Assembly: GCA_000146465.1 (NCBI GenBank)
Contig: CP001952.1
Length of the DNA stretch: 64,000 nucleotides
Strand: one strand, 5' to 3'
Each line of letters starts with the position of its first letter. Within the stretch, counting starts at the first letter, position 1. The translations under genes were made by a program, and so were the position numbers. Positions 59,400 through 64,000 of this stretch are shown here, one piece after another. Below the pieces are notes generated by a model. That model made no database searches. It was not told where the DNA came from and saw only the letters and a program-made list of their open reading frames with translations.

Positions 59400-61943
59400 C
59401 TAATAGTAAATCACCGATGGAATCAATGCTTGGATGCCGAAAATACTCCTCCCAACCTCCCTGTCAACCGGAAAGTTGTCTGTAAACAGAACCAGGTGGC
59501 CCTTTATTCCGTTTAGCACTTCCCAGATGAAGTCACTTTCCACCGAATAAAGATTCAGATGCCCTCCTGCATAGCTTTTGATGTTTCCAAACATCTTTTC
59601 AAACATCTCTGTGTTCCCTCTTGCCCTAGCCACAATCCTAGTAAAGACGTCGTCACTTGCAAGATCAAGTTCGTTGCCGAGAAGCCAGCTCTCCAAAAAG
59701 TCTTTTGGTCCGTATCTGTTTTGGTCTTCCTCCCAGGCTCCGAGATGTTCTTTCAACAGCCTCTTCAACAGCTTACAGACAACCTCTCTTTCGTCCCTCA
59801 CCAGTAACGCTACTTCTGTGTCCCTGTTTCCCAGCATGCTTCTGTCATTAAGATTTGCACTTCCTACTATTGCCGATGTCCCATCTGCAATGATCATCTT
59901 GGAATGCACGTAGATTTGCTCCTGTCCAATTCTTTTCCCATCAAAGTGGATCTTCCTCAAACACATAAATACAATATACCGTCCTGAATCAACCCCATTC
60001 CTCTTTAGCACCTGATGCAAGCAAGTGTCTCCCCTTGATATCGATTCTGATTGGATTCTTACTATCTCAGCTGCAGGAGTCAAACCAACCATGAATCCCC
60101 CATCAAATATGGGACAGAGAGGAATCACAACATACACTTTGAATTCCTCCTTAGCTCTATCTGCCTGGATTATTCTCTCCACAAGTGCCCTTCCAATGGT
60201 ATTTTCCGGATATCCTGGTGCAAGGTCGCATTTTGTGATGAAAAACTGGTTCTCCATGTATATAAACCTCTTGGAGTTACGAATCACCTCGGAATATCCT
60301 CTTGATATCGAATCTTCATCATATCCAAGAGACCATTTCCCAACAGATCTCAGCACTTGAGTTTTTGGAAATGCTCTGTTTACCTCCAGGTCTCCGAGTG
60401 TCTGCTCTATTTCTATGAATTCTTCATTTGGGATTAAGAGCCTTGCACTCCCTCCCTCTCCATCATACTTGGAAATAACAAAGTTCCATCGTTCGATGAA
60501 ATGCTGCGATATGTCAAATGCAGAACCCCCCACAACCTTGCACTGGACATCATGCCATGGTAATTCCAGTATCTTGGAAAACACTTCTTCTTTCCTTCTG
60601 TCTGTTCCCAGGCCTCCACACGCCCATTCCGTCCTAAAGAGAGAATGTTCCTGTGTGTCGTACCTCCCTGGTGCCAAATCTATCCCTCCAACATATGCTA
60701 TCCTTTGGTCTATAACAACCAGCTTTTCATGGTGTGTCCAGTATATCGGTGCATGTCCTATACTGTCAGGATGCCTGAGAACCTCGATTCTCTTGTGCAG
60801 GTTCGACAGAAACTCGCAGGTGTGGTTGGAGTTCATCTTGAGTGCCCCAAATACTTCTCCATATACAAGTATTCTTATTCTTATTCCTTCCTCGGCCAAC
60901 TCTTTCAAGACATAGTCAATCCTGTATTTCTCATCCAACTTCCCTCCAACATACTCCCTTCGAAGATAAAGCGTAGGATAAATCCACCATCCAGCAATGA
61001 AAACCTCTCTCCGGGCAAGATGCAATGTCTCGTAAAGATTCCAAAAATAGCTTTTCCCATCCACATAAAAGTTTATCATGCTTCCTCTCCTCACTGGGCT
61101 GAAGGAGAAAAGCCTCTCCGATCCCCTTCTTTCCTCCAACCCCTTCTGAATCTCATTGAACAATTGCAGTACAGAATCGTGTCTAAACGACTTAATTACA
61201 TATTTCCTCCCGTCTCTCACCATGGTTATCTTACTGTAAAACACATCTGCTTTATACTTGACATCCAGATCCCTTCTATAGAACAGAACATTCATGTCTC
61301 TGTAGCCGTTTCTGTAATCAACAAACACTAGATGCGATCTCTTACTGACAACATATATCTTCCCTGAGATTTCCAGGACTCCATAACAGGAAGTCCTGCA
61401 TCTGCTCTCGTTTAGGTCCATTATGCTTACATGGAACTTATCTTCAAACATCTTTGTACCATTGAACGAATATCTGGATATCCTGAAGAAGTCATACACC
61501 TTGCCAATATCCAAGATCCGGGATCGATGGAGGACAGTCCTAAGAAACTCCTCAACACCTCTAAACTGTCCCTCTCCACATATGTTGGGCTTGTCCCTCC
61601 TTAAATCCGTGACTCCTCTGTAATGGAGATATGCATTCAAGGAAAACAATTGCACTATCCCTACATTTATTTTCCATTTCTGTCTCCCGTAGCTCAGATT
61701 TACTGTATACTTTGTGGCTGACGAAGATTGGCTGTCCACATTCACCTTAATCTGATCTAGTAAAACAGGAAACACAGGAGCCGAGGACTGAAATCCAAGC
61801 CTCCTGAAAGGAATCATGAAAACAGACTCCAGCAACCCTCCGTACACACAAGCACTCTTCGACACAAAATTCCCATCTTCAAACTCACTTTCCATCGACC
61901 TTCTAGGTATCCCATCTTCCGAGGTTTTATCTGGAATTTCCAT
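59400..61943 (-). CDS. SPO14: phospholipase D (PX/PH plus two HKD motifs)
   Basis: HKD1 HHEKLVVIDQRIAYVGGIDLAPGRYDT and HKD2 YVHSKMIIADGTSAIVGSANLNDRSMLGNRDTE. The start is taken at MEIPDKT. The longest ORF (to 62426) overlaps NUBP1 on the opposite strand. Confidence 0.75.
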   Translation of the reverse strand: MEIPDKTSEDGIPRRSMESEFEDGNFVSKSACVYGGLLESVFMIPFRRLGFQSSAPVFPVLLDQIKVNVDSQSSSATKYTVNLSYGRQKWKINVGIVQLFSLNAYLHYRGVTDLRRDKPNICGEGQFRGVEEFLRTVLHRSRILDIGKVYDFFRISRYSFNGTKMFEDKFHVSIMDLNESRCRTSCYGVLEISGKIYVVSKRSHLVFVDYRNGYRDMNVLFYRRDLDVKYKADVFYSKITMVRDGRKYVIKSFRHDSVLQLFNEIQKGLEERRGSERLFSFSPVRRGSMINFYVDGKSYFWNLYETLHLARREVFIAGWWIYPTLYLRREYVGGKLDEKYRIDYVLKELAEEGIRIRILVYGEVFGALKMNSNHTCEFLSNLHKRIEVLRHPDSIGHAPIYWTHHEKLVVIDQRIAYVGGIDLAPGRYDTQEHSLFRTEWACGGLGTDRRKEEVFSKILELPWHDVQCKVVGGSAFDISQHFIERWNFVISKYDGEGGSARLLIPNEEFIEIEQTLGDLEVNRAFPKTQVLRSVGKWSLGYDEDSISRGYSEVIRNSKRFIYMENQFFITKCDLAPGYPENTIGRALVERIIQADRAKEEFKVYVVIPLCPIFDGGFMVGLTPAAEIVRIQSESISRGDTCLHQVLKRNGVDSGRYIVFMCLRKIHFDGKRIGQEQIYVHSKMIIADGTSAIVGSANLNDRSMLGNRDTEVALLVRDEREVVCKLLKRLLKEHLGAWEEDQNRYGPKDFLESWLLGNELDLASDDVFTRIVARARGNTEMFEKMFGNIKSYAGGHLNLYSVESDFIWEVLNGIKGHLVLFTDNFPVDREVGRSIFGIQALIPSVIYY

Positions 61944-61965
61944 AACCAGAGGACCACCTCTCAAA

Positions 61966-62859
61966 ATGAAATATATCTTAGGCCTGAAGATGGGAGAGAG
62001 CTGTCCCGGTGTGTCAAGTAAAGATGCAGGAAAAGCTAAGGAATGCAAAGGGTGTCCGAATGCGTCATACTGCTCGCAACCAGCCCAGCCAGACCCAGAC
62101 ATCAAGATAATCCAAGAGAATCTTCGAGGAGTAAAGACCATTGTTGCTATTATGAGCGGAAAGGGAGGCGTTGGAAAAAGCACAGTTGTCCGGAACATAG
62201 CAGAGTCGGTGTCTTCAAGGGGAATCACAACATGCATTCTGGACTTAGATCTATCTGGGCCAAGCATCCCGAGGCTTACGGGAACAGACGGAATGTCGAT
62301 GTGTGAAACAAGTGGCATCATACAGCCAATAGAGGTGAACAAGTTTTTGAAAGTAGTTTCTGTTGGATATCTCCAAGACTGTGGAGAAGGAATCATGTTC
62401 AGCTCTAGCTTTAAGACAGGAATCATAAAGAAGTTTCTGGCACAGTGTAACTACGAGGGTGTGGATGTACTGCTTCTGGATACTCCTCCAAATGTGACGG
62501 ACGAACATCTTGGGATGGTGAACTTCATAAAACCTAAGTTTGCAATTGTTGTCACAACACCGCAGAAGTTCTCTCTGCAGGACGTTATCAGGCAGATTGA
62601 CTTCTGCAGGAAAGCAAAGATCTCTGTGCTTGGGGTGATAGAGAACATGAAAAGGTTTGTATGTCCAAGATGCAGCCATCAAAAAAACGTGTTTGTCAAT
62701 ACAGAGGTTGAGTCTTATTCTAAATCAAACGGTATTCCTTATCTGGGCTCTATAGACCTCAGGCAGGACATAGCTAAAGCATCTGATATTGGAAGGCCGA
62801 CGCGAGAAGAGATCTTCGACAGGATGGCAGATGCCGTCCTATCAATCCATGAATCATGA
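61966..62859 (+). CDS. NBP35: cytosolic Fe-S cluster assembly P-loop NTPase Nbp35/NUBP1
   Basis: N-terminal CPGVSSKDAGKAKECKGCPNASYC (CX13CX2CX5C), the Mrp/NBP35 P-loop GKGGVGKST, and the CPRC motif (FVCPRCSHQ). The start is taken at MKYILGLKMGE. The ORF begins at 61816. Confidence 0.75.
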   Translation: MKYILGLKMGESCPGVSSKDAGKAKECKGCPNASYCSQPAQPDPDIKIIQENLRGVKTIVAIMSGKGGVGKSTVVRNIAESVSSRGITTCILDLDLSGPSIPRLTGTDGMSMCETSGIIQPIEVNKFLKVVSVGYLQDCGEGIMFSSSFKTGIIKKFLAQCNYEGVDVLLLDTPPNVTDEHLGMVNFIKPKFAIVVTTPQKFSLQDVIRQIDFCRKAKISVLGVIENMKRFVCPRCSHQKNVFVNTEVESYSKSNGIPYLGSIDLRQDIAKASDIGRPTREEIFDRMADAVLSIHES

Positions 62860-62905
62860 GTCTTATTCTATATAAATAAATCCCAAAAGAATATGGCGAA
62901 TATAT

Positions 62906-64000
62906 TTATTTAACTCCTGGTATTTCATAACTCCTCAGCCCCTCTGCTGCAGATTCACTGCTTGTGCCTGTCTGGTCTATCATCCTGACGGATCCTCTGT
63001 CGACAAAGCAGACCTTGTTAAATAATGGAAGCAGATCGAGGTTGTGGACTATGGCCATCACGGTAACCGAGCTTTCGAAATCTATGATATTCTTTATGAT
63101 GTCTATCTCCGCCTCCTTGTCGAGATTGGAGGTTGGTTCATCCATGGCAAGGATTTCTGGCCTTCTTAGCAGAGCTCTCAGTATTATAATCTTCTGTCTC
63201 TCTCCTCCGCTGATGTGTCTTCCTGCCTCCCCAACATTGGTAAAATACCCTTTCTCAAGCCTCATAATGCTATCATGGATGTTGAATCTCTTTGCAAGCT
63301 CGACAACAGTATAGTCCGAAACATTGGGGTTTCCATACTTAATGTTGTACATCACAGTCTCGTTGAACAGAGAGGAGTTCTGAGGCACATATCCTATGAT
63401 CCTCCTGAACGAACCGTTTTCTATGGCGTCGATACTGATTCCATCGATGCATATCGAGCCTTGGTACCTGTTGAACCTCAGGAAGGTCTTTAGAATGGTC
63501 GACTTTCCAGATCCGTTAGACCCCACAATTGCCACCTTATCCCCCTTTTTGATTGTAAGATTCACATCGTTGAGAATCTTCTTGTCTCCGTAATACAGGC
63601 GGACGTTTTTAAACACAATGTTCTTCCCAAACCTTACCATGGAAATATTTTCATTTGTTTTCAGATCATAATCCTCCGATAGAACTTCCCGAGCATTCAG
63701 CATGGCCTCTGTGAATCGGCAGTATGTGTATCCGAGATTGTTGAGGTTTATAAGTAGAATCCTGCTTGTTGTGACATAGAAGATCAAAACCCTTCCATCC
63801 ATCTTACTTGAAAGCAGTCCATACACTCCAAGTGCAATCATAGAAGAGTTCAAAAATGCAAATATAAGCTTCTGCAGCATGTTTAGAATGTACAGTCCTC
63901 GGAATAGGTTTGTTCCAAACCTCTCAATCTCCATCAGCTTTCCATCGTATCTTCTTACCTCAATGCAGTAGTTGTTGAATGACATAACAGACTCGTGATT
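62906..64000 (-). CDS. ABC transporter, ABCB-type half transporter, C-terminal part (N-terminus beyond the window; Atm1-like candidate)
   Basis: Walker A GSNGSGKST, Q-loop, signature ISGGERQKI, Walker B ILAMDEPTSNLD and H-loop. A TM segment precedes the NBD. The ORF is open to the window edge. Confidence 0.7.
   Translation of the reverse strand, partial: NHESVMSFNNYCIEVRRYDGKLMEIERFGTNLFRGLYILNMLQKLIFAFLNSSMIALGVYGLLSSKMDGRVLIFYVTTSRILLINLNNLGYTYCRFTEAMLNAREVLSEDYDLKTNENISMVRFGKNIVFKNVRLYYGDKKILNDVNLTIKKGDKVAIVGSNGSGKSTILKTFLRFNRYQGSICIDGISIDAIENGSFRRIIGYVPQNSSLFNETVMYNIKYGNPNVSDYTVVELAKRFNIHDSIMRLEKGYFTNVGEAGRHISGGERQKIIILRALLRRPEILAMDEPTSNLDKEAEIDIIKNIIDFESSVTVMAIVHNLDLLPLFNKVCFVDRGSVRMIDQTGTSSESAAEGLRSYEIPGVK

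Noticed and set aside
59149-59403. 84-aa plus-strand ORF between UTP15 and PLD
   Set aside because: It overlaps the UTP15 N-terminal coding region on the minus strand and is likely spurious.
60645-61331. 228-aa plus-strand ORF antisense to phospholipase D
   Set aside because: It lies inside the conserved PLD coding sequence and has no domain signature.

Overview
This 64-kb window is a very compact eukaryotic nuclear genome segment with microsporidian-like architecture. I count about 58 protein-coding genes on both strands. Spacers are usually 10-170 bp, and several ORFs abut or overlap their neighbours. Nearly all genes are reduced versions of conserved eukaryotic housekeeping proteins: PP1, eIF2A, SRP72, GDP-mannose pyrophosphorylase, Pam16, NC2-beta, PNO1, EXO1-like nuclease, CCR4, RPS7, Sec23, MCM, NSA2, RAD51, TAF10, DEAH helicase, ethanolamine-P cytidylyltransferase, CTP synthase, MetRS, SF3B1, UTP14, GINS Psf3, eIF2-alpha, Snu13, CDK, DCP1, Sec22, ataxin-2/Pbp1, katanin-like AAA, POT transporter, KDSR-like SDR, Mn-SOD, Erf4, IleRS, EF-G-like GTPase, RNF5-like RING, Rrp6, ORMDL, Cdc23-like TPR, UTP15, phospholipase D, Nbp35/NUBP1 and a partial ABCB transporter. 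I saw no rRNA, CRISPR array, transposon or long repeat, and I could not confidently recognise any tRNA or snRNA by eye. The main discovery is a set of three ultrashort (23-25 nt) spliceosomal introns sharing a GTAAGTG...TTAATTT(N2-3)AG consensus. Two of them join three ORF fragments into one PGS1-like phosphatidylglycerophosphate synthase gene. The third lies in a small multi-pass membrane protein gene. In many genes the longest ORF runs upstream of the conserved N-terminus into the neighbouring gene, so several starts below are placed by homology rather than by the first ATG.
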